In this document: positions 1 to 12,320 of the stretch, in pieces
Position numbering within the stretch: the first letter of the stretch is position 1
How the letters are laid out: each line of letters begins with the position of its first letter
Assembly (NCBI GenBank): GCA_030141605.1
Contig: JAQGDQ010000374.1
Location: 64,830 to 128,829, forward strand
Length of the DNA: 64,000 bases
Reading direction: 5' to 3'
Source of the DNA: Tubiluchus corallicola
Taxonomy: Eukaryota; Animalia; Priapulida
The notes under the pieces: model-generated
What the model was told of the DNA's origin: nothing
The model's input: the letters and a program-made list of their open reading frames with translations, nothing else
Database searches by the model: none
Translations under genes and position numbers: made by a program

Positions 1-1142
1 ATTCAACAAACCTCAGGGTCGTTACTCGCGGAAAACCTGAAAACAGCGCAAACGGATAAAGACAAAGTATATGCCTGATGACGTCAGAGTGACGCATGCT
101 GTGGTTCGAATCCTTGCAAATGAAAGCGAATGTTTATTGCAAACATGCTGCGAAATGATCATTGTGATCAACAAACCGTGTTACATGTAGGCGATTGCCC
201 CCCCCCCCCATATCAACCTTATTTATTCAAGATTTCATAATTGCATCTCAGAAATTATGCGTGCACTAGCTTCCCGTTCCCTAGCAACCTCCTGGAAAAG
301 TGAAATTTGCAATTCATTTGCGTTTATAGAAGTTTAGGCGAAACTTTCCGAACGACTGATGAAGATAAATAGAAAATGATGAAACAAAACCGAGTTTGCT
401 TCAGGGCAGTGACAGGATGACAGATGCTGCCAGTCAAGCACTGATAACTATTCCTAATTTACCAATTTTGTGGCATTGTCGTACTTGCAGTGGTTTCTTT
501 TGGCTTCAGAAACCGGTATTCGTATTGAAGATAAATTTTTAATAAAACCTGCAATCAACAACTATTACATTGATTATCTTTTTGACAATTTAGATACAAA
601 TTTCGAAAAGGGATGAAAGACAAACCACCATGTGGTCCTAATACGACGTAATAATTCTTGTAATGTCAGAACCGCAAAGCTTAGCTGACTTAAAACACGT
701 ATAAAAATGAATAACCCAAATGTAATATTTTTTGCCTGGGGTGTATAGTACAACTATGATGCTACTCAACTAAATGCAAAACAACTTTCCTTATCTGGAA
801 GACTAACAAAAACTAAATGATTACAAAGTGACCCAAATGTGATGCGGCTTCTCTTTTCTTGCGTATGCCACCTCTGGAAGTCACGTGTAAAATGATAGCT
901 GTAAAAGTTCTCCTGAAAATACTTAGCATTGACGCAAGAGATATATTACGCAACTATATTCATCTGTTGTGTAATGATATCAACCATCTGTGATCACGAA
1001 ATTCAGTGCGTACGCCAGTCTGCTAGACCCCGAGGCAGTTTTTTTTAGAATTGTTTTCAATCAAAGAATTTCAACTAATGAATTGCTAGAAATGCCTGTG
1101 CATGCTCTGACTTGTACCAAAGTTATGATGAAAGACTTTGTT

Positions 1143-1548
1143 CAAAGACCATGGAGCAATAGATTGAGAAATCGCTCTCAACTGCAAGGCATTGTAATGT
1201 GGAACGATATCCTTGTAGCTGGTGCAACTTTAAATCTGCAAAAACCATGGAGCAGTAGATTGAAAAATCGCTCTCAACTGCAAAGGCATTGAAATAGAGA
1301 ACGATATCTTTGTAGCTGGTACAACTTTAAATCTGCAAAAACTATGGAGCAATAGATTGAGAAATCGCTCTCAACTGCAAGGCATTGTAATGTGGAACGA
1401 TATTCTTGTAGCTGGTGCAACTTTAAATCTGCAAAAACTATGGAGCAATAGATTGAGAAATCGCTCTCAACTGCAAGGCATTGAAATAGAGAACGATATC
1501 CTTGTAGCTGGTGCAACTTTAAATCTTCAAAAACTATGGAGCAATAGA
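1143..1548 (+). repeat. Tandem repeat, ~96-bp unit, ~4 copies with two alternating variants
   Basis: Unit CAAAAACTATGGAGCAATAGATTGAGAAATCGCTCTCAACTGCAAGGCATTG...GCAACTTTAAATCTG recurs about every 96 bp. The middle alternates TAATGTGG / AAATAGAG. Confidence 0.9.
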
Positions 1549-1574
1549 AAACTTGGGCAGGCTATTGGAGACTG

Positions 1575-1705
1575 TGGTAATTTGCTTTCTTACTAAGCAA
1601 GGAAACTTCAATCAATTTCTGTGCCGCATCGGAATGGAAGACAACGAGCTATGTGACAGTGGACTGTACCCTCAGGCACCAGATCATTTGCTATTTTGTT
1701 TAGGC
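1575..1705 (+). pseudogene. Relic of a non-LTR retrotransposon C-terminal zinc-knuckle region
   Basis: Translation FLTKQGNFNQFLCRIGMEDNELCDSGLYPQAPDHLLFC resembles the LTGHG..F..YL.R.G......C.CG....T..H.L..C motif of R1/I-type ORF2 C-termini, but is degenerate. Confidence 0.5.
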
Positions 1706-2990
1706 ATAACAAGGTGGGGGGCGCCAGGGGGCAATCGCCCCCCACCCGCATGGATGAGATGGCGCAAAGTTCTTCTAGTGTTCAATGGCTGTTAATTATT
1801 AATTACTAATCCGACATTAACAAAACAATTAGCAAAAGTTTTAAAACTACAACAAAATTGCCTTGCCAGAGACCATGGTAACTGACTTAATTGTTACCTA
1901 CTGCTTAGAAAAAAGGCTAATCTTGTTACTTAAGGGCGTGTGTCAGGTGTCGTGTGGCTTAGCAGATCAATAATTTTGGAAGAAACAGTGGCTTTTCTCT
2001 AAAATTTTTAATATCGACTGTATTATTGAGGAAACCTGAAGCGTTCTATATCTTTCAAAGTCTTCGCATGTTTTAATACTGGAGCCGAATCTTTAAGGAC
2101 TGTCGTGCTACGCGCAACTAATGCACAGAGAAGAGTTATTCTGGTCAAGTGTAGTAAATCAAACTCAGGATGGTTCTTAGAAAAAATTCGTTTATCTTTA
2201 TCCCATCATGTCGAAAAAGGAAAGTTGGGCTAAGAGACGCAAAAACGCGCACAATTTGTGACTTCACCCAGAAAAGAAATTATCAAAACATTAAAAGGGT
2301 TGGGCAGCAGAAGTTTTGCTACGTCACTGTATTTTGTTGCCCATTGGTCAACGAAAAGAAGAGGCGGCATTTAATGTTGGAGCTTGCTGATCAATCAACG
2401 GATGTCATATTTTTAAAGCAGGACAAAAGTATGATTACTGCATTTTTGGACTTCGTGAAAGACGAGTACATTGTGAAAACGTTAACTAATCGCTAGGACA
2501 CCTTTATTTACAGAACGACTATTTAGAGGATGTTTTTGTTTACGTATGTTTACAAATTATTATTTGTTTGCCTTTGTACTATGAACTAGAGTTATAGAGA
2601 TCGTTTGAACAACAAGAACTATTGTGAATAACAGTGGCGTAATAACTTAATTATAATTCGAATGTGATCATTACAACAACTTGGTAAGACTTTACACTAC
2701 CTAAACATTTTGTATACGTTTTGTACATTCTAAAGTATTTGCTTGTATGCATGCGTTTGTTTATTTGTATATAATTTTGTACAGTTGCTTTTATTTTTAT
2801 GTAACTGTGTACAGTATGTATTTATGTGTGTCACTAATGACTTTACATGATTTCATTCTTATTACTGGTGCACTGAGCCTGCAGATAGACGCGTAATAAA
2901 CATTTATCTTTTCTTGAAAATGTGACAGTGATTACCGAACTTCTTTATATGTCAACCAAAGTTCCCGTTTCCTCATTCCTGTGCCGAATG

Positions 2991-3425
2991 TTTGTGCTGT
3001 ATGTACTAGGTCTAGGTTTCTGTAAGTAATTTGTGCTGTACTTATTAGGTCTAGGTTTGTGTATGTAATTTGTGCTGTACTTACTAGGTCTAGGTTTCTG
3101 TAAGTAATTTGTGCTGTATTACTAGGTCTAGGTTTCTGTATGTAATTTGTGCTGTACTTACTAGGTCTAGGTTTCTGTATGTAAATTGTGCTGTACTTAC
3201 TAGGTCTAGGTTTCTGTATGTAATTTATGCTGTACTTACTAGGCCTAGGTTTCTGTATGTAATTTGTGCTGTACTTACTAGGTCTAGGTTTTTGTAAATA
3301 CTTTGTGCTGTACTTACTAGGTCTAGGTACTTGCTTGGTCCAGGTTTCTGTAAGTAATTTGTGCTATATGTACTAGGTCTAGGTTTTTGTGTGTAATTTG
3401 TGCTGTATGTACTAGGTCTAGGTTT
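2991..3425 (+). repeat. Minisatellite, 39-bp unit, ~11 copies
   Basis: TTTGTGCTGTACTTACTAGGTCTAGGTTTCTGTATGTAA repeated head to tail. Confidence 0.95.
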
Positions 3426-4281
3426 ACGAAAAAAAATCTACGAGCCACCTGACCCGTTACAAAATTTAACGTTGTATAAAGGCACATTAAGATCGTCTGA
3501 AATGTTGTGCGGCGTCTTAGTGCCTAGATTAAGTGGCAATTGAGCTTAATCTTCTAAGTGGCGACTCGAACAAGTGCTGATTATCGATATTTGTGAGTCG
3601 ACAGTTTCACTTCTGAGTGGTATTACTGGCACGTCGAACTCATCAAGCGCGATTACATAATCTTAGCAAGTCCTACAAAGATTCCTGAACAGCTAGCATA
3701 TTATTGCTGTTCATCACTCTGCTAAACGTAATATTGCATTCAGGCGCCTGGTCAATGGCTTCCTTAATAAAGATATCAACACAGGCGCGCTTTCACAGAT
3801 GGCTTCTCACACTTGAGTGCTGACATTTAATTATTGCCCTTAATGGACAATGGCTAGATAAACTGCTTGTTTACTATTCATTGCGACGCGAGGACGCTTA
3901 AAAGAGGTACCAGGGCAAAAACAGCCGCGTTTGTTTCACTTTACACCTTGTACTGACAGCAAAAAGCGCTGTGATATTTTTTTCTCTCACACCTATTCCT
4001 CTATATTCCATTTCCTCTCTCTCCTGCATACACTTCTGACATTAGAAGACAGTGGAGGACCTTGTTATATTGTAATTATAGTTAGGCACTTTTTGGTGCT
4101 AAGCATCACTGAATAATTTATCTTTATCTTTTGTGTATGTAGCATGTAATGTTGTAGTTATCGTGTAATTGCGGTGCATGTATTTTCATGTTTTTTTTTT
4201 ATTTTGTGCGTGTAAATATGAATTTCGATTCGAAATGAAGCGTTAAATCAAAATCAAATCAAAGTTCCCTCCCTGACGCTG

Positions 4282-4385
4282 TTCTCTCTCTTCTCCGTCT
4301 CGCTCTCTCTCTCTCTCGCTCTCCTCCTCCTCTCCCTCTCTCCCTTTTCCTCTTTCAAGGCCACTTCTCCGTCTCTCTCTCTCTC

Positions 4386-4425
<40 letters not shown>

Positions 4426-4439
4426 CCCTCTCTCTCTCT
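4282..4439. repeat. (CT)n microsatellite / polypyrimidine tract
   Basis: Seen directly in the sequence. Confidence 0.95.
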
Positions 4440-4862
4440 TGCACTATTGACTGTACTTTTCCTTGCTGTATCACCTTATCATTACTATACTTGAATTCCT
4501 CTACCCTCTCTATGTGGTTGGCACCACGTCTATTATAATGCTCTTAGTAAACAGCATGTTTAATTGAAATAGCGGAATGCGGAAATCAGACATTGATTGC
4601 ATCGTCGGATTTCCTGCTGTGGAGAAGGAATTGGCTCTCACACAACTACCCGTGGCTTCCTTACAACAAAAGTTATGAGTGAAAGGGCGAAACTGAAAAC
4701 TGTCGCATATAACTGTACACCTCACGACTTGCCAGTGATGTTTGTGATAAAGTCTTATGTCAACATTCGTGGTGTCTTTTTGCGTTCCTATTGCATTATA
4801 CAGGAACAGGCTAACCCGTTGCTCCTGCGAGTCGAAGTCACAGAATGAACACAGTCGCCACG

Positions 4863-4884
4863 GGAGAGAGAGAGAGAGAGAGGG

Positions 4885-4944
<60 letters not shown>

Positions 4945-5120
4945 AAGGAGAGAGAGAGAGAGAGAGAGAGAACAGAGAGGGAGATGAAGAGAGGGAGATG
5001 AAGAGAGGGAGAGAGAGAGAGAAAGAGGAAGGGAGGGAGGGAGGGCGAGAGTGAGAGAGAGAAAGAGGGAGGGAGGAAGAGAGAGGGGGAGACGGAGAGG
5101 GAGAGAGAGGAGAGGGAAAG
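4863..5120. repeat. (GA)n microsatellite / polypurine tract
   Basis: Seen directly in the sequence. Confidence 0.95.
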
Positions 5121-5121
5121 G

Positions 5122-5309
5122 GATTTACATTGTGAGTATATGACGTCATCTAATGGCACGATCGGAACAGTATTGCAGGTGAATAAAATGAAAACAAACA
5201 AAAAATCATTTCAACGCAAGTATCAAACGTGCATAAAATCGCTATAAATTAATGTAATTTTTAAGGTGATTTTTGTAAAACCTATTTGAGGCACCTATTT
5301 TCTTGTGCT
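5122..5309 (+). mobile_element. Dispersed repeat family B (TTAA-ended, putative Kolobok-like non-autonomous element), right-end fragment
   Basis: GATTTACATTGTGAGTATATGACGTCA...GGAACAGTATTGC...TTTTCTTGTGCT|TTAA is homologous to 47670-47932 and 62480-62739. Confidence 0.75.
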
Positions 5310-5941
5310 TTAAATATTTCAGCCAGTCGGGAAAAAGCTTTATTCCTATGCACAATTGTTAAACCTCAGTTGATTTGGCGACCAGAACAAAAGGACAAGC
5401 TGACCACGAAGTACTACTAATACAGACAAACTACAAAGTAATTATTATTATTATTTGCATACGGGCAGACTTTCGAACATTATTTGCATATCATTATGCA
5501 CTAGCTATGCGTCGTACATAATGAGCACAACTGAAAGACGGTGCCAGATTCTAGAAAAATATGCGTGCAACGTGAAGATTGATTGGCATCTCTGGCCATC
5601 CAGCCAGCAGAAGCCATAAATTATCATTAACCTCCTTCAGACAAACTGAAACGTGTAACACGGACTTATAAAGTCTCGTTGGGAAAGTTTCATCCAGTTA
5701 TGCATCCATAAACGCCAGAGGAAGCCATGCACCCACCATGGACCCTAATAGCTACTCCTCTTCACTGGACAAGGCGAGTTGTAGTTTAGGCGAAATAGGC
5801 AAAAGACTACAGTTTCTTTCATCACTGCCTCTGCACTTTTGCAGACTCCAAAGTAGCCTCAGACTGTTTTCACCTGTACCTGTGACGCACTTATTTACTT
5901 TTTCTTAATCTGCTGTAGCAACTTTTTGAATTTAGCTGCTA

Positions 5942-6470
5942 TATTGTATTGGTATTGTATTGTGTTGTGTCGTGTCGTGTCGTGTCGTGTCGTGTCGTTT
6001 CGTGTCGTGTCGTGTCGTGTCGTGTCGTGTCGTATCGTATCGTATCGCATTGCACTGCATTGCTTTGTATTGAATTGTATTGTGTTGTATTGTATTGTAT
6101 TGTATTGTATTGTATTGTATTGTATTGTATTGTATTGTATTGTATTGTATTGTATTGTATTGTATTGTATTGTATTGTATTGTATTGTATTGTATTGTAT
6201 TGTATTGTATTGTATTGTATTGTATTGTATTGTACTGTATTGTATTGTATTGTATTGTATTGTATTGTATTGTATTGTATTGTATTGTATTGTATTGTAT
6301 TGTATTGTATTGTATTGTATTGTATTGTATTGTATTGTATTGTATTGCATTGCATTGCGTTGTATGGCATTGCATTGTATTGTGTTGCATTGTATTGTAG
6401 TGTGTTGCTTTGTGTCGCGTTGCGTTGCTTTGAATTGTTCTGCTTTGCGTTGCACGTTGTTACATTGTAT
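5942..6470. repeat. Compound pentanucleotide satellite (TCGTG)n/(TTGTA)n
   Basis: Seen directly. It accounts for the six overlapping YCIVL/QYNTI ORFs. Confidence 0.97.
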
Positions 6471-7762
6471 TCAGTTTGGTTTAATTTGTGACAGACCCTA
6501 GAATGTAGCTTAATTTTTCAGTCACTTTATGGTTCTATCACTATTTGCACTTGCTGACACCTGTCGTTGTTCACGAGTAGCTCTAGTTTATGGCAACCAA
6601 CCGTTTGTTTCCATTCATAAAAACGTGCTCGAGTCAGCTTACAAAGTTTTCGATTTTCTATTTCTGGCAGCGTTGGTATTTAACCGCGATATTTATTTTT
6701 AGGCTTTTGAATTCTAACTATTTAGTAACGTGGAAAACTACCAGCAGTTTTTTACCACTAAATTTCTTCACCTGATTAAAAGTTTTCTAAGACAAGTTGA
6801 AATGGTTTAAAGAATGTTACTTCTGTATTAATAATCTCACTAGTTGAAAGAAAGAAATTATCGTTTAAGTTTAACTATTAACTTTGTTAGTCTCTCCTTT
6901 CTCTCTCTCTCTCTCTCTGATTACGTGTAGATGAACTGCGCTTATATATAAGTTGGCTGGGTAACTGCTTGTATACTATTTTGTATTTGTTCGTTTTATT
7001 GCCCTTATATAACAACAAGTCTCAGTAACTGCCTGTGGTGTGTTATACAATGCTTGTTTTACATGAATATGACAGGATACACTTTTTCCAAGGAGGATGA
7101 GAATTTTTTTTAAAAAATGGGCGCCTAAAATGTGACGCCCCTCAAACTTTGGCGCCCGAGGCTATAGTCCAGTTAATGCATCCCTGCGCCTAATGGTTAT
7201 CGCGTTTTAATCCTTATTTATGTTGAGTATTTTCTTGTGCTTTAATATTTTCACATCGCTGAGTGACGAGCAAAAGTAGAAGCTTATATGAGTAGGGAGG
7301 TGGGAGGTTTGTTTTTCGAGAGTCATAGTAGTTAATTCTGCTCTATGATGATTGGTAAAACCTGGAGGTAATTCTCGCATCCATTTACTAAACAGGTTTG
7401 CTGTTGTTTTGAGTTCAATCGTAAATCACACTCAGCAATCAGTGTGAGATCATTTTTGAAAACGAGGTCACCACATGACATCTTTAATCTCGAAAACATA
7501 TTTTTGGATTGTTCTCGTCCACGTGTTTCTTACAATTTGCTCAATCATCTTAACTGCTTCGTTAATGACGTGAACCCGGTGACGTCATCAGAGAGTGAGT
7601 GACGCTCTCTCACCAAAGAGCCAGATTTTTGGACAGTTCATACGTTTTATATCACTAATTTTCGTACTTTAGGATACGTATTTTTCTAGCCAGTGTGGTG
7701 TTTAATTGCATACGTTGGAATAATTAAATGTCGACTATCAAGTCTCAAGGCTATCAACACAC

Positions 7763-8204
7763 AATATTAAACAAATACGCACTAATAACAAATACGGCAA
7801 CAATTCTGTCACTAAACAAGGAGTTCAACTTTGGAATACCCGGCCATCAAATTTGAAACAAATCAAGTCTTTCGACGAATTCAAATCAAAATTAAAAATA
7901 CATACATTAAATCGTTTTGAAAACCTTACATACGTAAATGATTATATATATATTCATCCTCAAATTTTATTTACCCACGTCCATTTTAAATTGTATGTAT
8001 ATATTGTATATAGTCTATTACAATTTGCGAGTAAACATTTTAATGTATATTTTGTTTTAAATTTTTGGCACAGCAGTTTTAGTTTGCACTGGACGCATTT
8101 CCCTTTAACAGTTGCTTGAATTTTATTCTCATGCTGCGATGTTCTTTCATACTTTTATAGTTATGAATATCGATTTTTCATGGCAAATAAAGATTATTAT
8201 AATA
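7763..8204 (+). mobile_element. 5'-truncated LINE 3' end (CR1-group, family L-A)
   Basis: Encodes ..IKQIRTNNKYGNNSVTKQGVQLWNTRPSNLKQIKSFDEFKSKLKIH.. and ends ATGGCAAATAAAGATTATTAT. Closely similar to 15795-16186 and 35180-35730. Confidence 0.85.
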
Positions 8205-8461
8205 AGAGACCTTTCGTTTGATGTATAGATCGCCGCAAATGGTGCCGTAGTCCGGGCTGTTAACGTGCCGTAGCCGTAGCCTCGAATCTTATATATATAT
8301 ATATATATACCAAGAATACCAAGTATTCCACAAGGAGAATGAGGCTTCTTGTGGCTCTATGGATATTACGTTGTTGAAATGTCGTCTAGAGCATTGTTTT
8401 TGCCTTTGTTAACCGTAAAAAAAAGACTGTCTGCATTATGAAACGATTCACTCTATTTTAT

Positions 8462-8888
8462 ATTATAGGTTTTACATGTCAAATGTAGACCTGCGTTAAC
8501 TCAAATACAGACTTAGGTAATTCAAATGTGTTAACAATGGTTTTCAACAAATCTTGAGCGTTTTTGGTAAGTCAAATGTAGACACATGTCAAGTCAAATG
8601 TGACACTGGTATCTCAAATGTAGATAGGTGGTAAAGTTTAAGGATGTTAAATTTAATCTTCTTTAATTTCAATTTAATAATTGCTCCTAAGTTAAAATAA
8701 CAACGTTATAGGCCTACTAATAGATGCACTATCCTTGGTTTATCTTTTCGTAATTTGCACTTAAATAACTTAATTACCGATTTATTCAATGTAATGCATC
8801 TACATTTGACTTACCTAAGTCACATTTGAACTTTCCTGTGTCTACATTTGACTATATAAAATATGATTTGACGTGTAAAACCTATAAT
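8462..8888. mobile_element. MITE / foldback-like element with 22-bp TIRs and oppositely oriented subterminal repeats
   Basis: ATTATAGGTTTTACATGTCAAA (8462-8483) matches the reverse complement of TTTGACGTGTAAAACCTATAAT (8867-8888) at 21/22. TCAAATGTAG motifs occur in the left half and CTACATTTGA motifs in the right half. Confidence 0.8.
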
Positions 8889-10860
8889 TATTGATTGTTA
8901 CGCGCGTATAATGCATGCCTTTGGTTTACTAAATGGTCCACATTAGACTTACCGCGCTGTACTGTTCGACACCTTCACTTTGTATACACACCTGTCAAAC
9001 AAAGAAAGTTATATTAAATTAAATCTACCCGTTCTTACATGCGTGTCAGCGCCATGCTAAGTAATAAAACTGGAGCCATTACCAGAGCTACCATAATTTA
9101 ATAACGTTTAAAGTTCAACTTTTAAACAGACGCCATTTATTGGGTGTTAAATGCAAATCAATATAAACATCGTCAGCGTTCAGCACTTTGACTTTGGGCA
9201 AATTTTGCTTCATAATCTGTTTAGCTACAAAGTTACTTCCAAAGCGGTTTGATTAGTGCAGGGTCAATGTCAGGACTAGAGACTGTTTCATTTAATAGCA
9301 CACTGTAAATCGAATTTAGTCGAATATTTTCAGTTTTTTGCACAAGTCACACTTTCTGAATTTTTGTTTTAAAATGCGTTTTGTGTTTCGCAGATTCCAT
9401 ACTTTTTCTTTCTTTCATTTTTACTTATTTTAAAACTATCTTCCTCGTTTTCTGCCTTTGTCATCTCTTTCTTTGTTCTTCTTTTCACTTTTTGCATTCA
9501 TTCTGCTCCCTTCTCATCCTCGTTTCATCAGTTTTCCATTCGTCATTTTTCCTTTTTTCTTCCTGGCTTGCTGTCCCCCTTCACCTTTTATTCTTTTTTT
9601 CCTGTTCTTCTTTGTCCTTTTTCCATTTTTCTTATCTTCGTTTTTTTGTCTTCTTCTTTGCATGTTTTCTTCCTCTCTAGGTGTGTTCTTAACTGGTGTG
9701 TAGTAGTTAATCTTACCAGAGTAAATTCCGTTTTTATATGGCATCATCAGGTAATATTTCCAACTATTTATTGTGCATTATTCAGAGACGCCATAAACAA
9801 AATGATCAAAATGGCCACTTTATATTCAAAAATATCTAGATTTAATACTTGAGCGTCTTTGGCTTGAAAGGATAAATACAGACTAAAACTCACCAAAACT
9901 GCCTGAATGCCATCAGATGAATGATGCTTTAAGTAATTCTCGTACCGCGTACTTCTGCAATTTAAACTAAGTAATAATTAATGAATTAAACAACCCCAAT
10001 TAATAAGTTAAATAACGAATTACTGCAAACTTTTTGTTCGATATGATCATCCTGCCAAATTTCTGCTCGCGTGGATCATTGGAATTTGAAACTTCGAACA
10101 AATTAAAATGAGCTAATTAAATAACTCTAATTAAATAACTCTAATTAAATGACTAATTAACGAATTGCTACAATTTTTTGTTTTAAATTAAGGGCATCCC
10201 GGCTCACTATCGTGCTAAATTTCAACTGGAGTGAACAAGAACTTTTGAAATTGGACCAATTTAGACTTAATTATTTTAATAGTTCTAATTAATTAACTAA
10301 TTAAACATTTGTACGTAATTTTTGCTCTAAACTAAAGACACCGAACCTAATCGTCACACCAATTTTAAGCTCATTTGGAGATAACAAGACTGAATGAAAT
10401 CACATCCAAATCCGTGTTTACACCTGATGTCCAGTGACCTTGACCCTCTCCTAAAGATCAGAAGTCACTGACTGAGCAGCACCACTTCCAAGCGCCCTAC
10501 CACAAGTATCTGCCCTGTGAGTTTCTTGACTCTAACCCTTTGCGTTTGCGAGTCAGAAAGAAATAAAAAAAATTGAAAACTGGATGCTCAACATAAAGGC
10601 GCGTGGCTGCTCTTATTAGATCCGCGACACCTAGCGGTTAAAAAGTTGAAAAAAGCGTGACGGACAGAGTGAAGTCCGGTTATTCCATATAGTAATTGAG
10701 GAAAACTCCCGAGTTGTTGGTAAAGTTCTGAAACGATTTTTGGAAATGTAAAAACATCTCACTTAAAGGCGTTTACTCGCATTTCACTCTGTTTGCTGTG
10801 TTTTCTTCACAAGGAAATGGTGTCAAAATACTGAAACCAGACCAATAACAATAAGCAAAA

Positions 10861-10980
10861 GTCTACGGCCAAATCACGTTGAAAACACCGGTTCTCGTCT
10901 GATCACCGAAGTTAAGCAGAGTAGAGCCTGGTTAGTACTTGGATGGGTGGCCGCCTAGGAATACCAGGTGCTGTAGGCTT
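10861..10980 (+). pseudogene. 5S rRNA-derived head of the SINE (Pol III internal promoter, box A / IE / box C)
   Basis: GTCTACGGCC...GAAGTTAAGCA...TGGTTAGTACTTGGATGGGTGGCCGCCTAGGAATACCAGGTGCTGTAGGCTT, 120 nt, colinear with animal 5S rRNA. Confidence 0.93.
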
Positions 10981-11431
10981 GCGGGATGCCCACACTGTGT
11001 CTCGACACTAGGCGGAGGAGCTGCACAAGCAGCCAACGGCTAGAGGGCGGAGGAGGTCAAGTAACCCAACGGCCATGTGTAGAGGAGTAAACCTTCCAAA
11101 TCAGGAGTGGAGCACCGAAGGCGGACCAGTGCAGCATGCTCACTGACTCCGGCAGCTCCTGCAGCCAACCTGGTGCCAAACGTATTGCTCCGCTTTCCTT
11201 TGGACTGCACCAGGGAGGAAGAGAGGGGGTTCCTGTTGTCTGGGCAACTCAGGATCTCCATACACCTTGCCCAGGCGTGCGCCCTGGAGACGTTCAAGGA
11301 TCGGATTGCTCAGCCACAGTCGACAGCTCCATCAATGTGATGAATAACTGACTCTCTTGGCGCACACTCGATTGTCTTCCGAGACAGAAGGATGCCCAAC
11401 AACAACAACAACAACAACAACCACCACCACC

Positions 11432-11463
<32 letters not shown>

Positions 11464-11464
11464 C
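10861..11464 (+). mobile_element. 5S rRNA-derived SINE (SINE3 type) with RTE-derived body and tail, copy 1
   Basis: 10861-10980 is a full-length 5S-like sequence with no oligo-T terminator. The ~420-bp body is shared with 40541-41082. 11297-11323 translates RIGLLSHSR, an RTE ORF C-terminal motif. The element ends GAGACAGAAGGATGCC followed by a (CAA)/(CAC) tail. Confidence 0.92.
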
Positions 11465-11794
11465 GTACTGATATGTTTCTCAATAAAATTAGCAATCCTT
11501 ACTGCTTTATAAAATCCAGAATTTAGCTGATATTTTCATAAAAAACCGCTGATATTTACATTCCGTATCAGTATTTATCAACTGAACTACAGCCATTAGA
11601 AAATATTTTACGCTTAAACTCTCAAGGGTTTATAATGATCAACTCAGTGACGTAAAATTAGAAGATAGCAATGTTGTAATAAAATGGCATTTTATTGTTC
11701 ACAACTGGCATTTTTTTGCAAAATCAATGTTGCTAACTTTACTCACTCAACCACAAAAATGTGTGAAAGAGCGAGCTTCGTGTTATAATACAAT

Positions 11795-12320
11795 AATAAT
11801 CTTTATTTGCCATTAAAATAGATTGATAATCACTGATAAAAACTTTACAGAGATGATCAATCAGTGTTAGTTAATAAAAACTTACACTGCTAAAGAAAAT
11901 TGCGTCAGTGCAATCTAAACTACTGTGCAGTAATGGAAAGTAACGACGAATAAAATCAAACATATTTACAACTATGTACAAAAAATGAAAAAAATACGAT
12001 TTAATTAATATGGCCGTGGATATATGAATTCTGAATTAGTGTGTATGTTGTCGTACTGGTGTGATGGTATTTCATATCTGGTTAATATTAGTGATTTTAA
12101 TTTTGTTTTAAATGCTGATAGGGACTTGATGATTGTTTAACCTGTAATGGTAGAGAATTCCAAAGTAGAATTGCTTGTTTGATTACAGAGTTCGTTCCAT
12201 AGTGGGTATTTGTCGTAATTTGTTTTAGATTGCTTGTTCTGGGATTGGCGTAGGATTTGGAAGAAAGGTAAATCTGTTATTCTGGAAGCGTTTGCTGATG
12301 TTGCCAGTTTTGATAGCAGT
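11795..12320 (-). mobile_element. LINE 3' end remnant (relative of family L-A)
   Basis: Starts with the reverse complement of ATGGCAAATAAAGATTATTATT. The minus strand reads ..TNTHYGTNSVIKQAILLWNSLP.., homologous to the L-A C-terminus. Confidence 0.75.

Noticed and set aside
100-115. Isolated B-box GGTTCGAATCC (similar at ~45028)
   Set aside because: No cloverleaf or A box. At most a decayed tRNA-SINE head.
70-400. Hammerhead ribozyme cores (CTGATGA at ~75 and ~355; reverse-strand hits at ~7585 and ~9745)
   Set aside because: No stem II closed directly by GAAA, and no consistent stems I/III by eye. An Infernal search would be needed to exclude variants.
9950-10670. Possible Helentron/DINE-like non-autonomous repeat (GTGACCTTGACC, CAAATTT, GACGGACAG motifs)
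   Set aside because: Single copy in the window and termini not definable, so it is left unannotated.
10861-10980. Functional 5S rRNA gene (also 40963-41082)
   Set aside because: There is no oligo-T terminator. The two copies differ from each other, share a long downstream body, are dispersed in opposite orientations, and one has a TSD. These are SINE heads, not rDNA.
10981-11085. HDV-like ribozyme in the SINE body (known in some RTE 5' UTRs)
   Set aside because: Only a simple GTGTCTCGACAC hairpin is visible. I could not assemble the nested double pseudoknot.
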